Made by a program: the position numbers and the translations under genes. Shown piece by piece: positions 19,035 through 28,515 of a DNA stretch of 64,000 bases. Under the pieces are notes generated by a model that saw only the letters and a list, made by a program, of their open reading frames with translations, was not told the origin of the DNA and did not search any database. The stretch is from an uncultured delta proteobacterium (GTDB taxonomy: Bacteria > Desulfobacterota > Binatia > Binatales > Binataceae): positions 544,001 to 608,000 of the forward strand of contig CAWJET010000002.1 of assembly GCA_963842085.1 (NCBI GenBank). The letters are read 5' to 3'. Positions within the stretch are counted from its first letter, which is position 1. Each line of letters starts with the position of its first letter.

Positions 19035-19634
19035 ATGAAATCGGGAACCGTTTCAGCTTCCCGACCCGCCGCAGCGACGGCGCGCATGCGGCCGGCCGCG
19101 CCGCTGAAATCCTCGGCGCCGGGCTTCACGCTGCTCGAACTCGCGGTTGTAATCTTTATCATGGGCCTGATGCTGACGCTGGCGCTGCCGTATCTCGGCG
19201 GATTTCGCCAGGCCGCGCTGCGCAGCCAGGCGCGCCGGCTTGCGGGCCGCGCGACTTTTATGTTCGACGAGGCCACCGGCCACAAGCTGGTGCTGCGGCT
19301 TATCTTCGATTTGGACAATAACGGCTACGCGGCGGCGCAGCTCGATCCCTATGCCGTCAAGCCGGTGTTCGCGCCGGACACCAGCATGTCAGGACGGCCG
19401 GTAATGATGCCGGCGGCGATTCGGATTCGCGACGTAACCGTCGAGGGAATCGGCACCGTCAATCGCGGCGTCATCGCGACCAACTTCTATCCCGAAGGCT
19501 ACGTCGATGCGACCGTGGTGCATCTCGAAGACGCCTCGGGCGACGTGATGACGCTGGAATTTTCTCCGTTGACGGGCCAGGTCGCGATCGTCAGCGGCGA
19601 CGTGATGCCGGCCGGGATGAGGTTGCCGCAGTGA
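19035..19634 (+). CDS. gspH: T2SS minor pseudopilin H
   Basis: GFTLLELAVVI prepilin motif, FYPEG, position in cluster. Confidence 0.85.
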   Translation: MKSGTVSASRPAAATARMRPAAPLKSSAPGFTLLELAVVIFIMGLMLTLALPYLGGFRQAALRSQARRLAGRATFMFDEATGHKLVLRLIFDLDNNGYAAAQLDPYAVKPVFAPDTSMSGRPVMMPAAIRIRDVTVEGIGTVNRGVIATNFYPEGYVDATVVHLEDASGDVMTLEFSPLTGQVAIVSGDVMPAGMRLPQ

Positions 19635-20056
19635 GCCGGCTCACGAGGCGCGCGCCCGCGTTTACCCTGCTCGAGGTGATGGTCGCGATTGCGATCCTCG
19701 GCATCGCACTGCTCGGCCTGCTCGGCCTGCATCATCAGAGTATCCAGTCCGTCATCCGCGCGCAGCAGACGACGCGCGCCTCGATGCTGGCGCAGGCAGT
19801 GATGACGGAGGCCGAGATCGAGCGATTTCCGGACCTCGGCCTCACCCGCGGCAATTTCGAAGCGTCATTTCCCGGCGAGTTCCAGGACTTCCGATGGCAG
19901 CGCGACGTCGAGGCGTCGGGCATGTTTCCCGACGTTCGCAAAGTCCGGGTTCTGATCCAGTACGGTCCCGGGTTCACGCAAAACTTCTCGCTGGTCGAGT
20001 ACCTGCATTCGCCGATTCCGCCCGACCCGAGCCAGCTGCAGGCGCCGACGCCATGA
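19631..20056 (+). CDS. gspI: T2SS minor pseudopilin I
   Basis: AFTLLEVMVAIAI prepilin motif, FRWQRDV, position in cluster. Confidence 0.85.
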   Translation: MSRLTRRAPAFTLLEVMVAIAILGIALLGLLGLHHQSIQSVIRAQQTTRASMLAQAVMTEAEIERFPDLGLTRGNFEASFPGEFQDFRWQRDVEASGMFPDVRKVRVLIQYGPGFTQNFSLVEYLHSPIPPDPSQLQAPTP

Positions 20057-20721
20057 GCCGGCGGCATATCGGGGCCGGTCGCGCGCCGCGCGGCTTCACG
20101 CTCATCGAGATGATGCTGGCGATTGGCGTGCTGGCGCTGATCCTCGCGATGCTGGCCAGCTCGTTCAACGCCATCGCGCACAGCAAGGTGCACGCCGAGG
20201 GACGGCTGATGGTCGATCGCGAGGGGCGCGCGCTGCTGTGGCAATTGAGCAAGGAAGTGCGCAATGTCGTGCAGACTCCGTACGCGCCCAGCAATGTTGC
20301 CCTGTTTGGCAACGGCCGCATGGGCAACGGTCTGCCGATCGATACCATCACGATGTCCACCTTCAGCGGAGGCCATCGCCGCGCGCTCATCGGGATGATG
20401 CCCGAGACGATCGTCACCTACAATTTGACTCCGAATCCGGACCAGCCTGGCTGGTACCTGCTGCAACGGTCGCAGCAAAGCGGATTGCTGACGAGTACCG
20501 CCGCCCTGCAGTCGATGGTGCTCGCGGACAATGTGCTGTCGCTTCATTTCCGTTATTTCGACGGCCAGAAATGGGCCGAAAGCTGGGATTCGTCGAGTAT
20601 GCCGCGCGGAGTCCAGTTGCCGGTCGCGGTGGCCATCCAGATTCAGATGGCGGCGCCGGGCGGCCACGTGATGGACTTCGCGACCCAAGTCACCGTGCCG
20701 ATGGCGATACAGCAATGGTAA
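20053..20721 (+). CDS. gspJ: T2SS minor pseudopilin J
   Basis: GFTLIEMML, FRYFDGQKWAESWDS and LPVAV; start at the ATGA overlap with gspI. Confidence 0.87.
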   Translation: MSRRHIGAGRAPRGFTLIEMMLAIGVLALILAMLASSFNAIAHSKVHAEGRLMVDREGRALLWQLSKEVRNVVQTPYAPSNVALFGNGRMGNGLPIDTITMSTFSGGHRRALIGMMPETIVTYNLTPNPDQPGWYLLQRSQQSGLLTSTAALQSMVLADNVLSLHFRYFDGQKWAESWDSSSMPRGVQLPVAVAIQIQMAAPGGHVMDFATQVTVPMAIQQW

Positions 20722-21662
20722 CGCACCGGCGCAAGAGCGAGCGCGGCGTGGCGCTGCTGGCGGTGCTGCTGGGAGTCGCGCTGATGACGTTAATCGTCGT
20801 GGATTTCGCGATGACCTCCGGACTCGGATTCGTGTCGGCGGCGAACCAGGCCAACGAGCTGCGCGCCGGTTTCCTGGCGCGGTCGGGAGTCAATATCGGT
20901 CTCGCGCTGCTGGCGGCGGACGCGCGCTCTGACGCGCAATCCAAGGTTCCGATCGACACCTTGAGCGATGTCTGGGCGGTGCCGTTTCCGCCGATGGCAC
21001 TGGAGGGGGGTAATGTCTCGTTGTCGATCGTGGACGAAGCCCGCAAGCTGCCAATCAATGCGATGATCCAGAATGGCGGTCCCAACCAGGCTGCGATTCT
21101 AAAGATCGAGCGGTTATTCACCATCCTCGACGTGAACCCGGACCTGGTTCAGGGTATCATCCAGTGGATTACGCCGGGTGGCGCCAATGCGCCGGGCGGT
21201 GGCATCGGGGACTATTACATGGGGCTGAAGCCGCCGTATCAACCGCGCTACGGCCCGATGCCGACGCTGGGGGACTTGCAGATGGTACAGGGGTTCAACG
21301 AGGCGATTTTCAACCGGGTGAGCCCGTTTCTGACCGTGATGCCCGAGCCGGCGGTGAACGCCAACACCGCGTCGCCGCAAGTGCTGGCCGCGCTGGAGCC
21401 CGAATTGACGGAGGATCAGAAATTGGTTCAGGAGATTATCGAGGCCCGCACGATACGGCCGTTCTCCCAACCCACCGACCTCATGAACCTCCCCGACCTC
21501 AGCGCGGTCGCGCAACTCCTGTCGAAAGACGTCGTCATGCGCAGCCAATTTTTCACGATTAACGGGATGGGAACTTACGCCGGCGCCCGCAAAATCATTA
21601 CCGCAACCTTCCATCGCGAAGCCAGCGGCATCGGCACGCTGGCAGCGTGGCACGAGGACTAG
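20715..21662 (+). CDS. gspK: T2SS minor pseudopilin K
   Basis: RGVALLAVLL, DEARKLPIN and VNANTASPQVLAAL; start reassigned within track ORF 20238..21662. Confidence 0.9.
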   Translation: MVTHRRKSERGVALLAVLLGVALMTLIVVDFAMTSGLGFVSAANQANELRAGFLARSGVNIGLALLAADARSDAQSKVPIDTLSDVWAVPFPPMALEGGNVSLSIVDEARKLPINAMIQNGGPNQAAILKIERLFTILDVNPDLVQGIIQWITPGGANAPGGGIGDYYMGLKPPYQPRYGPMPTLGDLQMVQGFNEAIFNRVSPFLTVMPEPAVNANTASPQVLAALEPELTEDQKLVQEIIEARTIRPFSQPTDLMNLPDLSAVAQLLSKDVVMRSQFFTINGMGTYAGARKIITATFHREASGIGTLAAWHED

Positions 21663-21677
21663 GCTCCAGGGCGCTTA

Positions 21678-23162
21678 ATGGCTCAACGAATACTGGCGCT
21701 GGAGCTGATGGGCGACCGCGTGCGCGCGGCGGTCGCGGAGCGCTCGTGGAATTCGTTCACTCTCGCCGGCGTGTACGACAAGGTTCGCGCCGACGACGAG
21801 GCCGACCTCAGTGGCGCGCTCTCGCGCCTGGTGGTCGAGACCGGCCAGCCTGACATCGTGATCTCCGCGCTGCCGGCCGACCGCGTGGTCAAACGGCTGC
21901 TCGAGCTGCCGTTCAAGGACGCGCGCCGGCTGCACCAGGTGGTTCCCTTCGCGCTGGAAGAGCATCTACCCTTCCCGGTTGACGACGGCGCGGTAGCGTT
22001 TACCCGCGTGGGACGCGCGGGTGACCATACGCTGGTCATGGCCGCGATGGTGCGCAAGACCGACCTGCAGCATCATCTCGATTTGCTGCAGAAGGCGGGA
22101 CTCGATCCCAAGACCGTCACGCTGGCGCCGCTGGCGCTGGCCGCGATGTTCACGCGCGCGCAGAACGGCGCCAAGCCGATGGCGCACCTGGTGGTCGAAG
22201 GCGACGAGGAGTCCACCTCGGTCGTGCTGACCGACCTGGGCGGAACGCCGCGCGCACTGCGTTCGATGCGGGGCGGCCTGATGATGTCCGACGGGTCGGC
22301 GGTCTCGCCCGACGCAGCCGCCCCGATTCTCAACTCGGTGCGTCAGACCCTGCTCGGACACGGCGAGGAAACCGAGGTAATCGTCGCGGGTGCGGCGGCG
22401 GCGCATCCGAAAGTGCGCGGGCTGCTGGCTGATTCGCTGGCCATGTCGGTGCGCGACGGCGGCGCGTTCGACTACAGCGGGATTTTCGAAGGCTCGGTGC
22501 CGCACACCGGCAAGTATTCATCGTGCGTTGCGATGTTGCTGGGCGAGTCGCCGAGCAAGCCGCTCGACCTGATCAATTTCCGCCAGGGCGAATTCCTTTT
22601 CCGCGGACGCGTCCGCGGCGACTTGAGCCCCTTCTACACCTCGGGCATCCTCGCCGCCGCGCTGCTGGCCGTGACCATATTTCATTTCGCGCTGGGCGTG
22701 TCCGCCAATCTCCATCGGCTCCATCAGCTCAACGCCGAAATCTCCGCCGTCGCCGGACCGGTCCTTGGCGAAACCGACCCCGCCAACGCCAGGGCGCAGC
22801 TGAAGATCGGAATCGCGAAGATGAATAAACGGCTGAGTCTGATCGGCGGCAACCTTACGCACTCGCCGCTCGACACGCTGGTGGCGGTGTCAAGCGCGCT
22901 GCCGTCGCGATTTCCGGTCCAGATGGCCGACGTTCAGATCGACTCCAACGGCTTGCGCGTTACTGGCCAGGCGGATTCGTTCGCGACGGTCGATCAGGCC
23001 AAAAGAGCGCTCGACGCAAGCGGTTACTTCGGCTCGATCGAAGTTGCGCATGCCAAGGCCGGCTCGGATCCGAGCAAAGTGGATTTTCGGATGGACGCAA
23101 ACTTCAAGGACGCGACCCCGGCGACCGAGCGCGACGAAGCGCCGGATGAGCGCGACGAATAG
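21678..23162 (+). CDS. gspL: T2SS protein L (PilM-like cytoplasmic domain, TM, PilN-like domain)
   Basis: LELPF..VVPFALEEHLPF, INFRQGEF before the TM segment, position in cluster. Confidence 0.85.
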   Translation: MAQRILALELMGDRVRAAVAERSWNSFTLAGVYDKVRADDEADLSGALSRLVVETGQPDIVISALPADRVVKRLLELPFKDARRLHQVVPFALEEHLPFPVDDGAVAFTRVGRAGDHTLVMAAMVRKTDLQHHLDLLQKAGLDPKTVTLAPLALAAMFTRAQNGAKPMAHLVVEGDEESTSVVLTDLGGTPRALRSMRGGLMMSDGSAVSPDAAAPILNSVRQTLLGHGEETEVIVAGAAAAHPKVRGLLADSLAMSVRDGGAFDYSGIFEGSVPHTGKYSSCVAMLLGESPSKPLDLINFRQGEFLFRGRVRGDLSPFYTSGILAAALLAVTIFHFALGVSANLHRLHQLNAEISAVAGPVLGETDPANARAQLKIGIAKMNKRLSLIGGNLTHSPLDTLVAVSSALPSRFPVQMADVQIDSNGLRVTGQADSFATVDQAKRALDASGYFGSIEVAHAKAGSDPSKVDFRMDANFKDATPATERDEAPDERDE

Positions 23163-23167
23163 CTGCC

Positions 23168-23812
23168 ATGCTTAGAGAATGGATTGAAAGTTTGCGCGCG
23201 CGAGCGATGGATTTGCTCCGCCCCTACCTCAAGCAGGCCGCGGCGCGCGTCGACCCGCTGATCGCGCAGGCGCGCGGCCGCTACCAGAAACTCGAACCGC
23301 GCGAACGCATCCTGGTGCAAATCGCCGCCGGCCTGTTCGGCGTCTTTCTCCTTTACAACCTGATCTACACCCCCATCGTGGATCTGAGCTCGGGGCTGCA
23401 GGACAGGATTGTGCAGCGGCAACAGGATCTGGTAGAAATCCGCCGGCTCGCCACGACCTATGCGCAGCTCAAGGAGGACCTCGCCAAAGCCGAGCGGCAT
23501 ACGGTTCCACTGGGCAAGGATTTCTCGCTGTTCTCCGTGATCGAAGCGTCGATGACCAAGAGCGTCGGGCGCGCGAAGATCGGCTCGATCACACCCGGCT
23601 CCGATCGCAAGCTTGCCGACGGGTTCACCGAGTACAGCGTGCAGTTGAAGCTCGACAACGTAAATCTCACGCAGTTGGTTGACGCGCTCTACGGCATCAA
23701 CTCTCTGCCGATGCCGGTCGGCGTCTCGAATATTCGCATCCAGCGCCGCACCCAGGATACTCATTCGTACGACGTTGACCTCACCTGTGTTGCGCTCGCC
23801 AAGAACACCTGA
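23168..23812 (+). CDS. gspM: T2SS protein M
   Basis: LEPRERIL followed by TM, coiled coil and ferredoxin-like C-terminus. Confidence 0.8.
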   Translation: MLREWIESLRARAMDLLRPYLKQAAARVDPLIAQARGRYQKLEPRERILVQIAAGLFGVFLLYNLIYTPIVDLSSGLQDRIVQRQQDLVEIRRLATTYAQLKEDLAKAERHTVPLGKDFSLFSVIEASMTKSVGRAKIGSITPGSDRKLADGFTEYSVQLKLDNVNLTQLVDALYGINSLPMPVGVSNIRIQRRTQDTHSYDVDLTCVALAKNT

Positions 23813-24653
23813 CGCGTCCGCGCCATACCGGGGAACACGCCTCGTTCGAGTCGGCTATGCGGTCGTCGGGCTGGCGCTGTTCGCGGCGTACCTGATTTGG
23901 ACCTTTCCCTACTCCACCACCCTCACGGAGGTCCTCGCGCCGATGGGCCTCGAAGTTTCCAGCACGAGTCAGAGCGCCAGCTTTCCGTTCGGGGCGCGGC
24001 TGGCGGGCGTGCGCCTGAGCTCGACCCGGCCCGCGTCCGCCGGTCTGCTGCTCGAGAGCCCGGCGGTCACGATCGCTCCCGCGTTTCTCTCGATGCTCAC
24101 GTTGCATCCCGGCGTTCGCGTCAAAGCCACGCTTTACGACGGCATGGTGAACCTCATGCTGAGGCCAAGCGGCGGCGGCACCGCCATAACCTACGACCTC
24201 GACTCGGTCGAGCTCGCCCGTCAGCGCCTGTTCACGATTCCCGGCGCGAGTGCCACCGGCGCGCTTTCCGGAAGCGGCAATCTGTTGCTCTCTTCCAGCG
24301 ACGTCGCGGAGAGCGGCGACGGTGCCTTGAGCGCGGCGGGATTGACGTTTACGTCACCGTTCGCGAACTCACCGATCCGTCTCGGCCGCGGACATTCAAA
24401 GTTCAAACTGGATCAAGGAACGCTGACGATCGAGGAATTCACGACCAGCGGCGGCGATTTGATACTCACCGCCACCGGGACGGTCCAGCTCGCGCCCAAC
24501 CCGGGCGAAAGCGTGCTCGCGCTCCAATTCACTCTCTCCACGGCTCCCGCCGCCGCCTCGCGATTGGCAGTCCTGCTCGCGATGCTGCCGCATCCACCCG
24601 GCCCGCAGCCCTATCGCTTGACCGGCACGCTCAACGCTCCGCGAATTAGTTGA
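23787..24653 (+). CDS. gspN: T2SS protein N
   Basis: TM ending LIWTFPY, beta-rich body, terminal LTGTLNAPRI; start uncertain (GTG 23787). Confidence 0.75.
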   Translation: MLRSPRTPDASAPYRGTRLVRVGYAVVGLALFAAYLIWTFPYSTTLTEVLAPMGLEVSSTSQSASFPFGARLAGVRLSSTRPASAGLLLESPAVTIAPAFLSMLTLHPGVRVKATLYDGMVNLMLRPSGGGTAITYDLDSVELARQRLFTIPGASATGALSGSGNLLLSSSDVAESGDGALSAAGLTFTSPFANSPIRLGRGHSKFKLDQGTLTIEEFTTSGGDLILTATGTVQLAPNPGESVLALQFTLSTAPAAASRLAVLLAMLPHPPGPQPYRLTGTLNAPRIS

Positions 24654-24657
24654 TCGA

Positions 24658-25419
24658 TCACGCCGGCGCGGACTTGAAAAATTCCAGCACCGCATCCTTG
24701 TAAAGTTTGTCGCCAGGAGCGCTCAAATGATCGCGTCCTTCGAGCATCACGAGCTTGCTGCCCGGAATCGCGTCGTGCAGCAGCTTGGGATTTCCGACCA
24801 GCAGGTCCTTGGTCCCGATAACAATCATGACCGGCACTCGAATCTTCGCCGCCGCGATGCGCTCGGCGGTGAAATCTTCGCGATTCGACCCCATGCACGC
24901 CGCCAATGCCTTCAGGTCGTTGCCGGTGATCTCCGCGAATTGACGAAACTCTCGCGCCCGCTGATCGGTAACTCCCGAGATACTCTCGGCTAGCAGCGCA
25001 TCGACGATCGGTTTGCGATCGAAAGACGGCGCCGTCGCTGACGCCGCCCCGATTCCGCCAAGCACTGCCGCGCGCAGACGCTCCGGATGCAACATCAGCA
25101 GGCCTGTCACTATTCGCCCGCCCATCGAATAGCCCATGATCAACGTGCGCTTGATTCCCAAGTGATCCATCAGCCGGATCACGTCGTCGCCCATCGTCTC
25201 GCCGCCGTACGCCGCCGGATCGTGCGGCTTGCCGCTCTTGCCGTGACCGCGGCAATCGAGCGCAACGACGCGGTAGTGCGGCGCGAGCGTGGTGAACCAG
25301 TTCATCGCGCCCCAGTTATGCTCCGCGCGCGACGCAAAGCCGTGCACCAGCACCACAGGCTCGCCACTGCCATGCTCCTCGAAATAAATCTGCACGCCGT
25401 TGGAATCGAAGTAAGCCAT
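24658..25419 (-). CDS. Alpha/beta hydrolase
   Basis: LVHGF, DCRGHGKS, GYSMGG, GTKD and RDH motifs. Confidence 0.93.
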   Translation of the reverse strand: MAYFDSNGVQIYFEEHGSGEPVVLVHGFASRAEHNWGAMNWFTTLAPHYRVVALDCRGHGKSGKPHDPAAYGGETMGDDVIRLMDHLGIKRTLIMGYSMGGRIVTGLLMLHPERLRAAVLGGIGAASATAPSFDRKPIVDALLAESISGVTDQRAREFRQFAEITGNDLKALAACMGSNREDFTAERIAAAKIRVPVMIVIGTKDLLVGNPKLLHDAIPGSKLVMLEGRDHLSAPGDKLYKDAVLEFFKSAPA

Positions 25420-25491
25420 AGTTCAACACTCCTGCTTCTTGTCGCCATAATCGAACAGCCGCACGATCTGCGCAAACCAAACTCGCACGTC

Positions 25492-25749
25492 TGTCATCCT
25501 GATCGAAGTGATCGTTCGCGATCTTTTCTCTGTCATTCTGACCGAAGCGAGCAACCGCCATCTGTCATCCTGACGACGCGAGCAACGCGAGCGGCAGGAA
25601 GGATCTCGGACAGCTTCGCGCCAGCGAAGCCGGTACCGGTTTTGAGTCGCTGCCTCCCATCCTTGTCATCCTGACGACGCGAGCGACGCGAGCGGCAGGA
25701 AGGATCTCGGACAGCTTCACGCCAGCGAAGCCGGTACCGGTTTTGACTC
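25492..25749. repeat. REP-like family 1 cluster (2 full direct copies and 2 partial)
   Basis: TGTCAT(C/T)CTGA at 25492, 25531, 25563 and 25664; ~86-bp units 25563-25648 and 25664-25749 are nearly identical. Confidence 0.9.
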
Positions 25750-25944
25750 AATTCTGCGGATGAACTGTTCAGCCTGACCCCGACGGATTTTCTGTGCTAA
25801 ACGTACGGCATGGACGATCCGACAGGATGCCCCACGCTCGTTGTCTTCGGGGCGAAGATCCGGCGACATCCGCTTGGGGGCGAAAACAATTTTTGACGGA
25901 ACGAACCCACCGATGGTGATGGAGCCGTCGCAAAACCACAACAT
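25717..25944 (-). CDS. Possible small protein (75 aa)
   Basis: Very strong RBS AAGGGGAGGTG 8 nt before ATG; the 3' end runs into the repeat. Confidence 0.35.
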   Translation of the reverse strand: MLWFCDGSITIGGFVPSKIVFAPKRMSPDLRPEDNERGASCRIVHAVRLAQKIRRGQAEQFIRRIESKPVPASLA

Positions 25945-26014
25945 ATGGTATACACCTCCCCTTTCGGCTCCTACTACTAGTTCAGCTTTAAGGTGAATCA
26001 GGACGGACTTCCAG

Positions 26015-27025
26015 ATGCCATCAAATCAAAAGCTCGGACTTCAGACCTCGGTTGGCGTCGGCGCCGACGCGCTGGCCGGCCGCCTCGCTCTCATCCGCGA
26101 GGCCGAGGACCTCGGCTACACCTCCCTGTGGATCGCGGAGGTCAGCGGACCCGACGCGTTCGTCAGTCTCGCCGCGCTCGCGCTCAACACGCGCAAAGCC
26201 GAACTGGCCACCGGAGTCATACCGATTCAGATTCGCACGCCGGGCGCGATGGCGATGGGATTCCTCACCATCAACGAGCTCTCCGGCGGCCGCGCGATTG
26301 CGGGTCTGGGCGTGTCGAGTCCGATCATCGTCGAGCGATGGCACGGCGCGGCGTATCGCAAACCGGTCACCGCGATGCGCGAATGCGTCGCGATTATGCG
26401 CCAGTTGTTCACCGAGGGACGCTCGAAGTTCCAGGGCGAGGTGTACAAGTCCGATTTCAGGCTGGGCATGCGCATCACGGCGCCGCATCCGCCGAAGATT
26501 TATCTGGCAGGGCTGAATGCCCCGATGCTTCGACTCGCCGGCGAAGTTGCCGACGGTGTGTTGATGAACTACTCACCGCCCGAGGCAATCGCGCCGATGG
26601 TGCAGCACATCAGTGAAGGCGCCAAGGCCGCGGGGCGCGATCCGTCCGCCGTCGATGTCGGCATCTACATCCGCATGTGCATCACCGAGGACGAGGACAA
26701 GGCCGTCGATTCATTCCGGCGCGAGCTCGCGGGCTACGCATTCGTGGACAGCTACAACAAGATGTTCGCGCGCTATGGACTCGCAGCGGAGTTCGACGAG
26801 GTGCGCGCGCTGTGGAAGGACGGCAAGCGCGATGAGGCTCCCAGAGCCATCTCGGAAGCGTCATGCCGCAAGATCTCGGTGTTCGGTCCTGCCAAGGCTG
26901 GCCGCGATTTCGTCGCGCGATTCCGCGCCGCCGGCGTGACCCATCCCGTGGTCTTTCCGATCGGCCCGGCCGCCACCGCGTCGCGCGATTATCCCAACAC
27001 GATGCGCGCGCTGGTGGGAGCCTGA
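26015..27025 (+). CDS. Luciferase-like (LLM) flavin/F420-dependent oxidoreductase
   Basis: AEDLGYTSLWIAE, SGGRAIAGLG and MLRLAGEVADGV motifs. Confidence 0.92.
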   Translation: MPSNQKLGLQTSVGVGADALAGRLALIREAEDLGYTSLWIAEVSGPDAFVSLAALALNTRKAELATGVIPIQIRTPGAMAMGFLTINELSGGRAIAGLGVSSPIIVERWHGAAYRKPVTAMRECVAIMRQLFTEGRSKFQGEVYKSDFRLGMRITAPHPPKIYLAGLNAPMLRLAGEVADGVLMNYSPPEAIAPMVQHISEGAKAAGRDPSAVDVGIYIRMCITEDEDKAVDSFRRELAGYAFVDSYNKMFARYGLAAEFDEVRALWKDGKRDEAPRAISEASCRKISVFGPAKAGRDFVARFRAAGVTHPVVFPIGPAATASRDYPNTMRALVGA

Positions 27026-27038
27026 CATCTGCCGCCAA

Positions 27039-27845
27039 CTACCTGCCCTTGTAGTTCGGCTTGCGCTTCTCCATGAACGAGCGCGGGCCTTCCTTCGCGT
27101 CCTCGGACTTCATCACTTCGCGCGCAATTTCGTTTTCGATCTTGAAGGCCTCTTCGTACGGACGCCCCGACGTTCGCCGCACCGCCTCTTTGATCTTCCG
27201 CACCGCCAACGGACCATTTTGGGCGATCGTCGCCGCCAGTTCCTCCGCCTTCGCGATCAATTGGTCCTGCGGCACGACGTAGTTGACCAGCCCCAACCGC
27301 CATGCCTCCTGCGCATCGATCCGGTTGCCGGTCAGCAGAATCTCCATCGCCTTACAGTACGGAATCTGGCGTTGCAGCCGCGCCAGCGAGCCGGCGGCCG
27401 GGATGATCGCCCACTTCACTTCCTGCAAGCCGAAGCTCGCGTTCTCCGACGCAACCCGAAGATCGGTGCCCTGGATGAATTCCATTCCGCCCGCGATGCA
27501 AAATCCGTTGACCGCGGAAATAACCGGCTTGTCCATATCGTAGCCGCGCAGCAGCGCGATGTCGCCCAGCTTGCGGTCGGCGAGCAGCTTGCTGTCCCAC
27601 TCGTCCTCGGGCTTTCGCGCGCCAGTGAACAGCGGAATCAGCCGCCCCAGGTCGGCGCCGGCCGAGAATGCGACATTGCCCGCGCCGGTCACGATTGTTG
27701 CGCGAATCGCGTCGTCGGCATCGATCTCCTTCCACGCGGCCGCCAGGCTGACGAGCATCTCGGGATTCAGCGAATTGTGGACCTCAGGCCGGTTGAGTGT
27801 GAGGTAAGCGACGTGATTCCGTTTTTCGAATATCAACGCGGGCAT
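27039..27845 (-). CDS. Enoyl-CoA hydratase family protein
   Basis: FSAGADL, AVNGFCIAGGME and FGLQEVKW motifs. Confidence 0.94.
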   Translation of the reverse strand: MPALIFEKRNHVAYLTLNRPEVHNSLNPEMLVSLAAAWKEIDADDAIRATIVTGAGNVAFSAGADLGRLIPLFTGARKPEDEWDSKLLADRKLGDIALLRGYDMDKPVISAVNGFCIAGGMEFIQGTDLRVASENASFGLQEVKWAIIPAAGSLARLQRQIPYCKAMEILLTGNRIDAQEAWRLGLVNYVVPQDQLIAKAEELAATIAQNGPLAVRKIKEAVRRTSGRPYEEAFKIENEIAREVMKSEDAKEGPRSFMEKRKPNYKGR

Positions 27846-28014
27846 GATTCGCTCCTTTTGCTTGCTGTGCGAATGGTTCCAGTCAGCGCGCAGCGGCCTC
27901 GCGAAGTTACCATCAAAGCGTGTTCGCGAGCCATGCCCGTGCCTTTACCCGCCGCTTCGCCGGTCGTTATGATCTTATGAGACTCGCGGCCTCGCACCCG
28001 TCAAAGGAGGAGTC

Positions 28015-28500
28015 ATGAAGCTACTCGTCGCATCGATCATAACGCCGCTTTGTCTTTCCATCCTTACGCCCGCATTCGCAATCGAAACCCCGCGTATCGT
28101 CCCGAGGATGCAGGAGATACCGAGACCCGTAGACGAAGTCTTCGCCGCCCTGAAAAGATACTTCAATGACTCGCAACTGAGCAGTTTCCAGCTCGTCCGC
28201 GAGGATAAGCGAACCCACACCCTCGTCGCCAAGCAGTCGGGCATCGCCGACGAATCGTGGAACAAGTGGGCTTTCTGCGAGACTGGCCCCGTTCAGATGA
28301 TCTACAAGCTGGAAGACGGCACGGTAACCGTAACCGTCAAGCTCGAGAAAGCGACCCCGCATTCCACGCTCGTCTCCGTGTCGGCGGACTTCCAGGGCAC
28401 CTACGGGCTCGGCGCCAATCAAAACAAAGTAGCTTGCACGTCGAAATTCGTTCTCGAGGACAACATACTGGCCGCGGCGGGCGCCGCGCCCGCAAAGTGA
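28015..28500 (+). CDS. Secreted hypothetical protein
   Basis: AAGGAGGAG RBS; Sec signal ending AFA; two Cys in the mature part. Confidence 0.85.
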   Translation: MKLLVASIITPLCLSILTPAFAIETPRIVPRMQEIPRPVDEVFAALKRYFNDSQLSSFQLVREDKRTHTLVAKQSGIADESWNKWAFCETGPVQMIYKLEDGTVTVTVKLEKATPHSTLVSVSADFQGTYGLGANQNKVACTSKFVLEDNILAAAGAAPAK

Positions 28501-28515
28501 GCCGGCGCGATTTGA

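Noticed and set aside
23127-23159. 12-bp direct repeat at the end of gspL (ERDE..ERDE)
   Set aside because: Short in-frame duplication in a disordered tail; no evidence of an insertion scar
25492-25749. CRISPR array
   Set aside because: Units are ~86-100 bp or irregular, intervening sequences are not unique equal-length spacers, copies are dispersed elsewhere, and no cas genes are present
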